Below, one piece after another: positions 20,828 through 32,929 of a stretch of 64,000 nt of DNA. The notes beneath the pieces are model-generated. The model ran no database searches. It was given only the letters and a program-made list of their open reading frames with translations, and was not told the origin of the DNA. Source of the stretch: an uncultured Desulfosarcina sp. (GTDB lineage: Bacteria; Desulfobacterota; Desulfobacteria; Desulfobacterales; Desulfosarcinaceae); assembly GCA_963674945.2 (NCBI GenBank), contig CAXXWQ010000004.1, positions 2,112,001-2,176,000 of the forward strand. The letters run 5' to 3'. Positions within the stretch are counted from its first letter, which is position 1. Each line of letters begins with the position of its first letter. The translations under genes and the position numbers were made by a program.

Positions 20828-21571
20828 ATGACATTACTCAAGATCGATAACGTAACCAAACGGTTTGGTGGACTGGTGGCGCTTGATCGCGTCAGTTTCG
20901 AGATCGACCAGAATCAGTTCATTGGAATCGTGGGGCCCAACGGCAGTGGCAAGACAACCTTGTTCAATGTGATCAGCGGTGTCTTCTTTCCGGAGCAAGG
21001 AAATGTTTTCTTCGAAGGCAAAGATATTACCCGATTTCCACCTTACAGAAGAGCCCCTTTGGGGATCGGCCGAACATTTCAGATCCCACGGCCGTTTGCT
21101 TCGGCAACGGTGAGGGAAAATATCGCCGTGGGCGCCATGTTCGGCACCGTAAGTCATCGTGTCAATGTGGATGAATCCTTAGAGATTGCCGATCAAACCA
21201 TAGAGCGCGTGGGCCTTACGGAGCATAAAGACAAGGTTGCCGGTGGATTGACGCCTGTTGAAAAGAAACTCATGGAAATCGGTCGCGCGCTGGCCATGAA
21301 ACCCAAATTACTTCTGATGGATGAAGCCATGGCCGGCATGCATCCCAGCGACATCGATGACATTGTATCACTGATCAAACGGATCGCCGCGGAAGAACAA
21401 ATCGCCATCGTCGCCATGGTGGAGCATATCATGAGGGCGGTGGTCGGAATGGCCGAAAAGGTCATCGTTTTACACCGAGGCGCAAAGATCGTTGACGCAC
21501 CCACCAAAGAGGCATTGGAAAACCCGAAGGTGGTCGATGTTTACTTAGGGCGTCAAACAAAGGAGTCGTAA
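20828..21571 (+). CDS. livG: ABC transporter ATP-binding protein (LivG type)
   Basis: KRFGGL, GPNGSGKTT, RTFQI and LLMDE motifs. Confidence 0.9.
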   Translation: MTLLKIDNVTKRFGGLVALDRVSFEIDQNQFIGIVGPNGSGKTTLFNVISGVFFPEQGNVFFEGKDITRFPPYRRAPLGIGRTFQIPRPFASATVRENIAVGAMFGTVSHRVNVDESLEIADQTIERVGLTEHKDKVAGGLTPVEKKLMEIGRALAMKPKLLLMDEAMAGMHPSDIDDIVSLIKRIAAEEQIAIVAMVEHIMRAVVGMAEKVIVLHRGAKIVDAPTKEALENPKVVDVYLGRQTKES

Positions 21572-22278
21572 TGCTCATCGTTAGAGAGCTCGAATCGGGA
21601 TATGGCCCCATGCAGGTGTTATGGAAACCGAGTCTTTCGGTTAAATCGGGGTCGATCACCTCTTTGTTGGGCCCCAACGGCGCAGGGAAAAGTACATTGC
21701 TCGCGACGGTTTTCGGCTCGGTGACGCCCTGGGGAGGCGTGGTGCAATACGCCGATGAAGATGTCACCGGGCTTCCCACCCATAAAAAAGTGGACAAGGG
21801 TATCGCCCTGGTGCCCGAAGGCAAACACTTGTTTCCCAACATGACGGTGCTGGAAAATCTCAAGATGGGGGCCTATTTAAAAAAAGCACTGGTCCATAAG
21901 GATGAATCCATGGAGTTGGTGTATACGCTCTTTCCCCGACTCAAGGAGAGACGCCGCCAGACGGCCGGGTCCTTGAGCGGCGGTGAGCAGCAGATGGTCA
22001 CCATCGCCAGGGCCTTGATGACCAAACCCAAGCTCATCATGTTGGATGAACCCAGCCAGGGTCTGGCACCGCTTTTGGTGGGAGAGGTCTTCGAGACCAT
22101 CGTAAAAATGAAAGAAGAGATCGGACTGACGGTTCTGCTAGTCGAGCAAAATGCCGATGCCTCCCTAAATGCTGCGGATTACGTCTATATCATGCATGAA
22201 GGACAAATCAAAGCCGAGGGCACTCCCAAAGAGATCAAAGCATCCGCGGATATCAGAGAGACATTTTTGGGAATATAA
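21571..22278 (+). CDS. livF: ABC transporter ATP-binding protein (LivF type)
   Basis: GPNGAGKST, LSGGEQQM, LDEPS and LVEQN motifs. Confidence 0.9.
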   Translation: MLIVRELESGYGPMQVLWKPSLSVKSGSITSLLGPNGAGKSTLLATVFGSVTPWGGVVQYADEDVTGLPTHKKVDKGIALVPEGKHLFPNMTVLENLKMGAYLKKALVHKDESMELVYTLFPRLKERRRQTAGSLSGGEQQMVTIARALMTKPKLIMLDEPSQGLAPLLVGEVFETIVKMKEEIGLTVLLVEQNADASLNAADYVYIMHEGQIKAEGTPKEIKASADIRETFLGI

Positions 22279-22279
22279 C

Positions 22280-24886
22280 TTATTCATCATCCAGCAGGAG
22301 CTGAAGAATCGGCGTAATGGACACCGCCGTTGCGTCCTGGTTGATCGTATGATGCAGGCCGGCAATGCCGAAGGAACCCGATCTGGATTGACGATTCGTA
22401 TTTTCATCCACCAAGTAGGTAACGGTCCCATTGCCTGATCCACTGGCCCCATCCGTGATCGTGACCCAATCGAGGCTTTCCGACACACTCCACGCACATA
22501 GGGCGGGCGCGGTGACAAAGACATCGGCCAACCCGCCGTTGGAATCGAAGTCATAACTGACAGGATCGATGGTATAGCTGCAGATGGCCACCTGTGTGGC
22601 CGCTGTCTGCCATGCGCTGTCATCATATCCACTGCGGGTCGCTTTGACCCGGTAATAATAGGTCTCCCCGCCGCTTTTCCCTGTAATGGACGCGCTGGTG
22701 TTTGTTCCGCTGTAAGCGGTGCGAAGGTCGGCGGTGAAATTCGAATCCGTGGCCTCTTCCAGTACATAGGTCACGCTGCTCGTGCTCGACGCCTCCCAGC
22801 TAACCGTGAATTCACCGTCATCGTCGCTTTCGGGTACGGTGATGCTTGATGGTGCGTCGCAGACATAGTCGATGACCGTTGCCGTCAAGGTGCCGTCGCC
22901 GGCGTCATAACCATAGACGCGAATGTACCAAACGCCTACATCGGGATCCATATGGGTGCACGACTCCGAATCGGTGCCGTATTTCAAAGATGAGCAGTCA
23001 TTTTTATCGGAGTTAGGGACCGCATTGTATCTGGTGTATAGATCCAGATCGGCCGAGAGGCTATCCAGGGCTACCGACAGTTCGTCCACGCCTTCGACCA
23101 CCGCTATGGAATAGCATGCCGCTTCACCCGACGCCAAGGAGACACTGATGCCAGCACCGCTGGTGAGACCGGTGCAGTCACCGGGGTGAAAACCGACATA
23201 GCAACCATTTTCACCGGTTTGCCAGGAACTGTCAATATAACCGCTACGGGTGGCCTTGACACGGTAATAGCAGGTCACGCCATCGCCCCGGCCGGTGATG
23301 GAAGCACTGGTACCGCTGCCACTGTATGCCGTGCGCAGATCGGTGGCAAACGTCGCATCCGTGGCCTCTTCCAGTTCATAGGTTACACCGCTCGTACTCG
23401 ATGCATCCCAGCTTACCGTATAATCACCGTCCACATCACTTGACGGTACCGTAATACTTGCCGGTGCACCACATACCGGCTCGGCCACCGTTGCCGTCAA
23501 GGTTCCACTGCCGGCTTCGGTGCCATATAACATGAGATACCACTGGCCTGCCGTTGGATCGCTGTGGGTACAGGTCTCCGAAACGGTTCCCGAAGAATTT
23601 GACCGACAGTCGTAGTTCGAAGTTGTCGCCGCTTCGCCATAGCGCGTATAAAGGTCCACATCGGCGGAAAGGCCGTCCAAGGCCACCGATAATTCACCGG
23701 CACCTTCGGGAACCTCGATGGTATAACACAACTCTTCGCCTTGTCCCACCGAAACGCTCACACCGACACTATCGGCGAGGCTGGTGCAATCACCCCCGCT
23801 GGCAATGTCCCATCCCAGATCCATTAAAAGGCCCCTGCCAAGGGTACCCGGATCATGAATGGCTTCGCCTGCGCTGATGGCGTACACCATCAGCTGGTTC
23901 GATGTGTTGTTGAAAGTGTCATAGTCGAAATGGGAATAGCTGGACCCGGAGGCCCATGTGGAAGGGGCATACATTTTGACCCGTGCACTGCCGTTGGCGG
24001 ACATGGCGTTGGTGCCATGGAAATAGAGACCGTTGGAGGTCAAAACGGAAGCGAGGGCAGCCGTCCCACTTGTGTAGTCGGAAATGAGCACGTTTCCCGA
24101 ACCATCCTGCATGAACACATCGTAGATATTGGGCTCGGGATAAGATGTGCCATATCCCCAAGATCCAAGTCCCGACGATACTCTCATGGAACCTGAAAAA
24201 TTGAGGCCGTGAGCAATTTCGTGCAGAACGACGCTGAACAGGTCATATTCATAGCTGCCCGGATTGCCGTCCGTCCCGTAATACCAGTTAAAATTGGTAT
24301 TATAGGTGATATACATATCGTACGAAGAAGACAGGTCGGATCCGTAGAGGGAATTTGCCAGGGAACCGGAAAACCAAGTGTCCGCCCTGGTGTTGCCGGA
24401 AAAATTCTTATGCAAAGGTCCACCACCCGAATACCCGAGCGTAGTGGAGCTTCCCAAATTGGCCCAGCAGGCACTGATGGTGATGGGTACGTCAGACTGT
24501 AAAATACTGGCCCACACGTTGGCGGCGGCTTCGAAAACCGTCTTTGCCGTCTCGGGGAAAGTAGTGCAGGTTTGCCCCCACGGATCGGAGCCACCATCGG
24601 CCACATAGGTAATGGAAAAGGTGGCGGTAGCCTCGCTTGGATCCATGGAGATGGCTTGGGGGGGCATTATCTTTTTCAGTTCCCCCGGCGGATTGGGATC
24701 GACAACAACGGCCTTTAGCGGCAGCCCATTGGTTAAGGTGTTTCCGTCCACTGCCAGTTCCGGTTCCAACCGTCGTGACAGATCATACAAAAAAGCCCCT
24801 GCATCGTCTGCCTCGGCGAAGGTAAATGGAGTCCAAATCAATACCAATAGCATCGTACAAAACCAAACCGGCAGTCCTTTTTTCAT
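22280..24886 (-). CDS. Secreted zinc metalloprotease with 2x(PPC + FN3-like) and BACON-like domains
   Basis: Signal peptide; HEIAHGLNF; two DxDLYTRY...C...ExC...WY PPC repeats; two CxAPxSITVP...YYRVKAT repeats. Confidence 0.8.
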   Translation of the reverse strand: MKKGLPVWFCTMLLVLIWTPFTFAEADDAGAFLYDLSRRLEPELAVDGNTLTNGLPLKAVVVDPNPPGELKKIMPPQAISMDPSEATATFSITYVADGGSDPWGQTCTTFPETAKTVFEAAANVWASILQSDVPITISACWANLGSSTTLGYSGGGPLHKNFSGNTRADTWFSGSLANSLYGSDLSSSYDMYITYNTNFNWYYGTDGNPGSYEYDLFSVVLHEIAHGLNFSGSMRVSSGLGSWGYGTSYPEPNIYDVFMQDGSGNVLISDYTSGTAALASVLTSNGLYFHGTNAMSANGSARVKMYAPSTWASGSSYSHFDYDTFNNTSNQLMVYAISAGEAIHDPGTLGRGLLMDLGWDIASGGDCTSLADSVGVSVSVGQGEELCYTIEVPEGAGELSVALDGLSADVDLYTRYGEAATTSNYDCRSNSSGTVSETCTHSDPTAGQWYLMLYGTEAGSGTLTATVAEPVCGAPASITVPSSDVDGDYTVSWDASSTSGVTYELEEATDATFATDLRTAYSGSGTSASITGRGDGVTCYYRVKATRSGYIDSSWQTGENGCYVGFHPGDCTGLTSGAGISVSLASGEAACYSIAVVEGVDELSVALDSLSADLDLYTRYNAVPNSDKNDCSSLKYGTDSESCTHMDPDVGVWYIRVYGYDAGDGTLTATVIDYVCDAPSSITVPESDDDGEFTVSWEASSTSSVTYVLEEATDSNFTADLRTAYSGTNTSASITGKSGGETYYYRVKATRSGYDDSAWQTAATQVAICSYTIDPVSYDFDSNGGLADVFVTAPALCAWSVSESLDWVTITDGASGSGNGTVTYLVDENTNRQSRSGSFGIAGLHHTINQDATAVSITPILQLLLDDE

Positions 24887-25240
24887 CCACAACACCTTTT
24901 TGATCTTCTGCTGCGTTTTTTATCCATGGTGCTATATCGGCACTTTTGCTGATTTTGTTTAGTGCTTCATCATCGAAGCGGCCCGTGCCGGTGAATACGG
25001 CAAAGGGTTTACGGCCGTTGCCAAAAGGAAAGGAGAAAAAGGGCATTTTGGAAGGACCGCTGTCATGGCACAGCGTAGTTCCACAAGGTCCGGATCTATT
25101 GGAAATTCATTGACAAAAATGCTAATTTTTCATACTTCGCCCCTATAAGGGATATGATTTCATCCGTCGTCGCAACGATGAGACAATGGCCTTTCGATGA
25201 TCGCCATCCAATGATTTTTTGAACTTCAAGGGGAAATACC

Positions 25241-26122
25241 ATGCCAGATGCAGATGATGTAAAAGAAGGGAAAAAGTATTATTCTGATATCCCTCAGGAA
25301 ACCGAAGGCTTTTTTCTGAAAGGATGTAATGGCCTGGACTGGGGTATGAAAAACAGGCTGGCCCGGATTTTCAATCCCAAAACCGGCCGAACCGTGATGC
25401 TGGCCATTGACCATGGCTATTTTCAGGGACCCACAACCGGTTTGGAACGGGTGGATATCAACATTTTACCCATTGCGCCCCATGCCGACACATTGATGCT
25501 GACCCGCGGCATTCTGCGCGCCATTGTGCCGCCGTCATATTCCCAGCCCATTGTTTTAAGAGTATCTGGTGGAACCAGTATCCTGAAAGAACTGTCCAAT
25601 GAAGACATCGCCGTTGATATTGAAGACTCCATCCGTCTCAACGTTTGTGCCATGGCTGTTCAGGTGTTTATCGGCGGGGAATTTGAAAAGGAATCCATCA
25701 TCAACATGACCCGGCTGGTCGATATGGGAAACCGGTATGGCATACCGGTTCTGGCGGTGACCGCCGTGGGAAAGGATATGGCAAGAGATGCCCGATATTT
25801 CAGGCTGGCCACAAGAATATGCGCGGAGTTGGGTGCCCATTATATTAAATCGTACTATGTCGAAGATGGATTCGACACAATCACATCATCCTGCCCGGTT
25901 CCCATCGTGATGGCAGGCGGTAAAAAATTACCCGAAATCGATGCCCTGACCATGGCTTACAACGCCGTTCAACAGGGCGCCTGCGGGGTGGATATGGGCC
26001 GCAATATTTTCCAGTCCGATTCACCCGTGGCCATGTTACAGGCCGTGAAAGCGGTTGTTCACGAAAACATGGTGCCCAAAGATGCGCTTGCGCTGTACAA
26101 TTCGTTGAAAGACAAAGGTTAA
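25241..26122 (+). CDS. lsrF: LsrF-type class I aldolase/thiolase
   Basis: [31 protein letters not shown] and [10 protein letters not shown] motifs. Confidence 0.9.
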   Translation: MPDADDVKEGKKYYSDIPQETEGFFLKGCNGLDWGMKNRLARIFNPKTGRTVMLAIDHGYFQGPTTGLERVDINILPIAPHADTLMLTRGILRAIVPPSYSQPIVLRVSGGTSILKELSNEDIAVDIEDSIRLNVCAMAVQVFIGGEFEKESIINMTRLVDMGNRYGIPVLAVTAVGKDMARDARYFRLATRICAELGAHYIKSYYVEDGFDTITSSCPVPIVMAGGKKLPEIDALTMAYNAVQQGACGVDMGRNIFQSDSPVAMLQAVKAVVHENMVPKDALALYNSLKDKG

Positions 26123-26177
26123 CAACGCAAGCGGAACCGACAGCGCAAAAGGGGATTTTTATTTAGGGGATCACCGC

Positions 26178-27176
26178 ATGCAAGTCTCCATGTGGTACAA
26201 TAACCGCGATGTCCGGCTGGAAGATGTACCCATGCCCGAACCCGGACCGGACGAAATGCTTGTAAAGGTTTTGTCATGCGGAATTTGTGGCAGTGACATT
26301 TCCGAGTGGTACAGGCTGCCGAGGGCGCCGCTTGTGTTGGGGCACGAAATCGGCGGTGAAGTCGTAAAAACCGGTGAAAACGTAAATCAATACAAGGCCG
26401 GCGATCGAATATTTGTGGCGCCGAAAGTACCTTGCATGGCCTGCCATTACTGCGAAAACGGGCACTACCCGGTCTGTCCGAATGTAAAGGACCGCCTCCC
26501 CGGCGGATTCGCCCAATTCATCGTCGTACCTTCCGCCCTGGTGGACAAAGGCACCTATCTTCTTCCCGATAATGTCTCTTATGACCAGGCCACCTTCATC
26601 GAACCCTTGGCCTGTGTAACGCGGGCCCAACGGCTTTCCCGGGTAAAAGAGAATCAGACGATCATGGTTTTTGGATGCGGCATGTCCGGCCTGCTCCATG
26701 TGAAGCTGGCCAAATCCTTGAATTGCCGGACGATTGCCGTGGATGTTAACGAAAAGCGACTCGAATTTGCCGAAAAGTGTGGTGCGGACGTGGCGATTCA
26801 TGCAACGGAACAGGTGCCTGAATTCTCCGAAAAAGCCGACGTGGTCATGCTGTGCACATCGGCCATGGCCGCCATCGAACAAGCCTGGCAGTGTGTTGAC
26901 AAGGGTGGCAGCCTCGTATTTTTTGCGGTTCCGGAACCGCAAAAGATCGTCACGATCCCGATAAACGATTTTTGGATGAAAGAAGTGACCGTTCTCACAT
27001 CCTACTACTGCGGACCGCCGGACATCATAGAGGCACTTGATTTTATCTCCAAAGGAGAAATTATCGTCGATGACATGATCACCCACCATCTGCCCTTGAA
27101 GGATATAAGAGAAGGATTCAGGCTGGTAACCGCAGGGAAAGATTCAATCAAGGTGATCATTCACCCCAACGCGTAG
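26178..27176 (+). CDS. Zn-dependent alcohol/sugar dehydrogenase (MDR family)
   Basis: CGICGSD, GHE, CxxCxxCx7C and GCGMSG motifs. Confidence 0.9.
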   Translation: MQVSMWYNNRDVRLEDVPMPEPGPDEMLVKVLSCGICGSDISEWYRLPRAPLVLGHEIGGEVVKTGENVNQYKAGDRIFVAPKVPCMACHYCENGHYPVCPNVKDRLPGGFAQFIVVPSALVDKGTYLLPDNVSYDQATFIEPLACVTRAQRLSRVKENQTIMVFGCGMSGLLHVKLAKSLNCRTIAVDVNEKRLEFAEKCGADVAIHATEQVPEFSEKADVVMLCTSAMAAIEQAWQCVDKGGSLVFFAVPEPQKIVTIPINDFWMKEVTVLTSYYCGPPDIIEALDFISKGEIIVDDMITHHLPLKDIREGFRLVTAGKDSIKVIIHPNA

Positions 27177-27199
27177 ATAAGGTTTGATGTTGTTAAAAA

Positions 27200-27240
27200 A
27201 ATGAGAAGGTCGGTGTTATCACCGACCTTCTCATTCTCTT
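27200..27240. terminator. Bidirectional intrinsic terminator
   Basis: 16-bp perfect stem AATGAGAAGGTCGGTG-TTAT-CACCGACCTTCTCATT between convergent genes. Confidence 0.85.
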
Positions 27241-27280
27241 GGTGTCTTACAAGCTTTCTTTCGTCCGGCTACCTCTTGTA

Positions 27281-28654
27281 CTACCGCCTGCCCAGTTTTC
27301 GTAAATTATGAACTGAGAAGAAGTCGTCCGGTATGTCGTCGTATGATTCTGCTGGATAGCCGTTCACATACCTGAATGCAGCGTAAAAGTCCACCTGGTA
27401 ATCGAAGTGAAAATATTGCGTCGCACGGAATACAGGAAAGTCATAATATTGTATTCCATGTGCAAATGACATTCGCCACAGGTTTCCGCGTTTATCGTAT
27501 TTGTCGATTACCGCAATCGTCCATGAGTCTTCATCAATATAAAAATGCCTTTCGCCGTACATATGACGAGAGTTTTCCTTGAGGGTGTGGGTGATCTCCC
27601 ATACCCGATGAAGCTCCCAGCGGATATATTCCGGGTTGGGATGGTGGGCTGTCATCATCACGTCATAGTCGGGAAGCATGTCGATCTTGTATGTGTTATA
27701 GGGTATGTACATCTCTTTTTTTCCGACCAGTTTCCAATCGAACCGGTCGAGTTTGCCCTTCCACATCCATGATTCGTCACTGCAACCGATACCACCGGCG
27801 GAAGAATCCAGTCCATCGTAAAACATGTTGGGGTTCCGGCGAACACGGCGTGCCCCTGGTATATAGGACCAGCCCACAGCGTCGTTTTTCGTATAGTCTG
27901 CCGGGTCCATCAATAGATAATATTCCCCTACCCGACCGGGCATTGTCATCTCCACGATTTTCCCAAAGACATAGTCCTGCGGATCAAATTTTTCATCGCC
28001 TTCGGCTTTATAGAGAAGATAATTCGTTGCATGCTGTCTCGCATATTTGCCGCTTCCCTGAACGATTCCGCCACCAAACGTCTGCTTAATATTTTTGGAG
28101 CCATGGGGTATGTAAACAAAATTTAACATGGCCTCCATGCCGCTTTTGGGAATTGGAAAGGGAAACCCTTTGCCGAAATTCGTTACACTGCCATATTCAT
28201 CGAGAACCTCTGCCGTCATGGCATTGCTATATGTGCCCTCATAGGCTTTCTCGGTAAATGCGGCAGTTCTCCTTGTGGGATAGACATGGATCTTGAAGGT
28301 ATCCGGGTATCGTTCGAACATTTTCACGATGCCCGCAGACAGTTTGTCTTTGTATTGATCGACATTTTGTGCCGTAATGGTAAACAGAATCTTGTCTTCG
28401 GCAAACGGGTCCGGGTGGGGCGTACCGGATTTGGCTTCATAATCGATACCTTCGGGAATTTTTGTGATTCCGCCGGTCCAGGCGGGGATGGTCCCTTCTT
28501 TGTTTCCGGCACGCTCGGCCCCAACGGGGGTTAATTCTGTTTTTAGTTTCGCGGCCTCTTCAGCAGTCACTTTCGCAAGAACTGGCGTTGCCGTACACAC
28601 CATCAGGGTCGCCAAAACAAAGGCAAATATGGTTTTATATACGGTACTGTTCAT
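27281..28654 (-). CDS. DUF1329 family periplasmic protein
   Basis: Signal peptide; LTPVGAERAGN.EGTIPAWTGG, W.YIPG.RRVRR and RWELHRVW motifs. Confidence 0.9.
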   Translation of the reverse strand: MNSTVYKTIFAFVLATLMVCTATPVLAKVTAEEAAKLKTELTPVGAERAGNKEGTIPAWTGGITKIPEGIDYEAKSGTPHPDPFAEDKILFTITAQNVDQYKDKLSAGIVKMFERYPDTFKIHVYPTRRTAAFTEKAYEGTYSNAMTAEVLDEYGSVTNFGKGFPFPIPKSGMEAMLNFVYIPHGSKNIKQTFGGGIVQGSGKYARQHATNYLLYKAEGDEKFDPQDYVFGKIVEMTMPGRVGEYYLLMDPADYTKNDAVGWSYIPGARRVRRNPNMFYDGLDSSAGGIGCSDESWMWKGKLDRFDWKLVGKKEMYIPYNTYKIDMLPDYDVMMTAHHPNPEYIRWELHRVWEITHTLKENSRHMYGERHFYIDEDSWTIAVIDKYDKRGNLWRMSFAHGIQYYDFPVFRATQYFHFDYQVDFYAAFRYVNGYPAESYDDIPDDFFSVHNLRKLGRR

Positions 28655-28671
28655 GTGATGCTCCTTAGTTT

Positions 28672-28702
28672 AAGTTGGATCTGAAAGTTGGATCTGAAAG
28701 TT
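28672..28702. repeat. 13-bp tandem duplication
   Basis: AAGTTGGATCTGA x2.4 just upstream of the DUF1329 RBS. Confidence 0.7.
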
Positions 28703-28992
28703 GTTCGTGTCCGATTTAAAAATAATATGAAAGTTTGAGGGGAAGAGTCTCACGATCCGCATTATCATGGATTTCACAGACAAGTTCTCCCTCCCACAAT
28801 AAAAAAGACACACGTCACCGATGGAGCCGGATGAATATTCTTCCCTAAAATCCATAGTGCGACGCTGCCTTTGGAAATATTGGAAAATTCGAAACTCAGG
28901 CCCAAATTTGTTCGTCGAAATACCCGGTACCAATCGAACAAAGCTGCAACTAACTACTAAAGTTCTTCCTCGTTGTCAATGAGAAGCTTATT

Positions 28993-29262
28993 GTTTCATG
29001 AAAATATTTGCCGCCATATACACATTTTTACCTTGTTATTATTGATAATTTTATCATTTTCGTGAAAATATTTGCCGTTACATGCGTAATTTTTTCCCTG
29101 TCATCATTGATGATATCACAATTTCTGTGAAAATATTTGCCACTATATACTGATATTCCCCCTGTTATCATTGATTATATTTCATTTTATGTGAAAATAT
29201 ATGCCGTTACATACCTAATTTTTTTATTATTTTCATCTGTACATCATGTTGTGAAAATAAAT
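28993..29262. repeat. Degenerate ~64-bp tandem repeat array (4 units plus a partial fifth)
   Basis: TGAAAATA(T)TTGCC starts at 28999, 29063, 29128, 29192 and 29252; second block CTGTYATCATTGAT in units 1-3. Confidence 0.9.
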
Positions 29263-29485
29263 TGGGGAAATTATGTAAATCCTTCATTGTTGCCGATTTG
29301 GATGAGAAGAACTCCTCTTGGAAAACGAACGAACATGAAGTAGTAATCTGAAATTAAACTTCAGTCACGAGATGAACTTTGGTTATTGTCTGAATTCAAC
29401 TCACGAGATGAACCTTGGCCAAAAGATTCCCTGCATTGTATTCATCTCAAAATTTCTTCCAACACCCGAACGCGACCTTCCGGAT

Positions 29486-29745
29486 TTACTCATGACGGCC
29501 GTATCTCTCTGGTGGTGCAACACCGATATCCACGTTCTTCAATGGTGGTCAGAATGCTGACGCGAACCCGGGCATGCACATATGATCCAGACAATGTTGT
29601 TTGATGGCTATTGCTATTTCGGATGGAGCGCCAAACGCTGCGATGTGGTCATCGATGGTGTAACTCAGAACGCACTCATGTTGTTTCCCATCGGGAAACC
29701 GCCGTCCTGGCACACATGTGCACAATATCGGTTTTGCACTCATCG
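29486..29745 (-). pseudogene. Decayed 3' fragment of a UroD-fold gene homologous to 46796-48043
   Basis: Translates DECKTDIVHMC... and HECVLSYTIDDHIAAFGAPSEI...HCLDH; carries a frameshift, a stop and internal deletions. Confidence 0.85.
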
Positions 29746-29792
29746 CTGAGGAAAGGTTGATAATCAGTATCCATTGTAGTAACAGTACAAAA

Positions 29793-30758
29793 ATGACGAA
29801 TAACAACATGGATTCATCAAATACAGAACTGGATCAACTCGATCTCAAGCTTATTGAGGAGCTGGAAATCGATGCCAGGCAAACGAGTCGTGATCTCGGC
29901 AAGAAGTTGGGGGTGAGCGCAACAACCATTTCCAACAGAATGCGGAAAATGGTCGAGAACGAGGTAATCGATTTTGCAGTGGTAACGAGCCCTTCGGCCA
30001 TTGGGCTACGGGTTGAAACGCTTTGGCGGCTGAAGATCACGCCTGGTAAATCGGCCGATGTTGTCGATTATTTTAAAGGTCTTCGCAATGTTCGAAACCT
30101 GGGCCGGTACACAGGCCGCTATGATGTGTTGCTGTACACCCTTTTCCAGGATAATGAGGAACTGCTCCATTGGATGATCGAACAGCTCAGCAACGTGGAA
30201 GATGTGTTGGTTGCTGAACAAATGACCGTGATCAAAATCACTAAACATTCATCCAAATATTTGCACGCCGAAACCAACCTGTCGTATCAAAACGTCTATC
30301 CGCAGTTTGATGAAAGTGATACCAAACTGATCAAAGAACTTGAATTGGAACCGAGAGATACTTACGACAGTCTGGGAAAGAAAGCCGGGGTAAGCAGACA
30401 ACTGGCGGCAAGAAGACTGAAGAAGTTTATGGACGATGGCGTTGTAAGGGTATTTAGCGTCATCGATCCGCTGATGCTGGGATATTCCGTATGTGCCCAT
30501 ATTTTCATTAAAGTGCGTTTTAACAGAATTATGCCCACGACGAACATCTTGTCCGGCCATCCGAAGGTTAAATATGTAAGCATAATCGGCGGGACCAGCA
30601 ATATAATGATCTACGCGGCTTTTCGTGATATTGATGAAATGTCCCGCTTTCTGACAGATGAATTGGGCAAAATTCCAGGCATCCTCGATCATGAGACCAT
30701 GATACAGGTGGGAAAAGCGCACAGCTTTTATCACTTCATGAACTGGTGTTGTAAGTGA
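29793..30758 (+). CDS. Lrp/AsnC family regulator with two tandem HTH-RAM modules
   Basis: LDQLDLKLIEELEIDARQ...GRYD and FDESDTKLIKELELEPRD... repeats; alternative ATG at 29808. Confidence 0.9.
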   Translation: MTNNNMDSSNTELDQLDLKLIEELEIDARQTSRDLGKKLGVSATTISNRMRKMVENEVIDFAVVTSPSAIGLRVETLWRLKITPGKSADVVDYFKGLRNVRNLGRYTGRYDVLLYTLFQDNEELLHWMIEQLSNVEDVLVAEQMTVIKITKHSSKYLHAETNLSYQNVYPQFDESDTKLIKELELEPRDTYDSLGKKAGVSRQLAARRLKKFMDDGVVRVFSVIDPLMLGYSVCAHIFIKVRFNRIMPTTNILSGHPKVKYVSIIGGTSNIMIYAAFRDIDEMSRFLTDELGKIPGILDHETMIQVGKAHSFYHFMNWCCK

Positions 30759-30807
30759 TACGATCCTTTCATTTCCCTACCGATCAGAAAAATTCAGCGC
30801 AAGATCT

Positions 30808-32457
<1,650 letters not shown>

Positions 32458-32929
32458 CTATTACCTCATTTTATTCCGAATCATGACAAATCATATTAAA
32501 TACAATTTAATATAAAACGCATTTTTTTATTTTTTTTCTCCATATCAAGTAATAATGCGCTATCCAATCCTTTTTTTGAAAAAGGTTGCGGAGATTGGAA
32601 ATGACCCCCAATGCAATTACCGCCACCGGCAATCAACATTGCATTATTTTCAATGGGATGCTCCCATATGAGCAACGATTCTGAAGTCCGGTATACCAAT
32701 CATGAATTTGACATGTTGCCTGTCGTTTACAAGACCGTGGATGACGAATGCGGGTACCCTATGGCAAGCTGATTTTAGGTTGACAGATTGGCATTTTTTG
32801 TATACTGATTTTTCCTTGTTTATTTACCTATCGCTGAAAATCTTAGTCAATTATCCTCAGCATTAAATCGGGATTAATTGATTTTAATTGCAGGCAGTTG
32901 ATTAGTGTAAACCTATAGGGAGGCGAAAA

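Noticed and set aside
28993..29262. CRISPR array (period about 64 bp)
   Set aside because: Similarity extends across the whole unit, so there are no unique spacers; repeats are degenerate and no cas genes are in the window.
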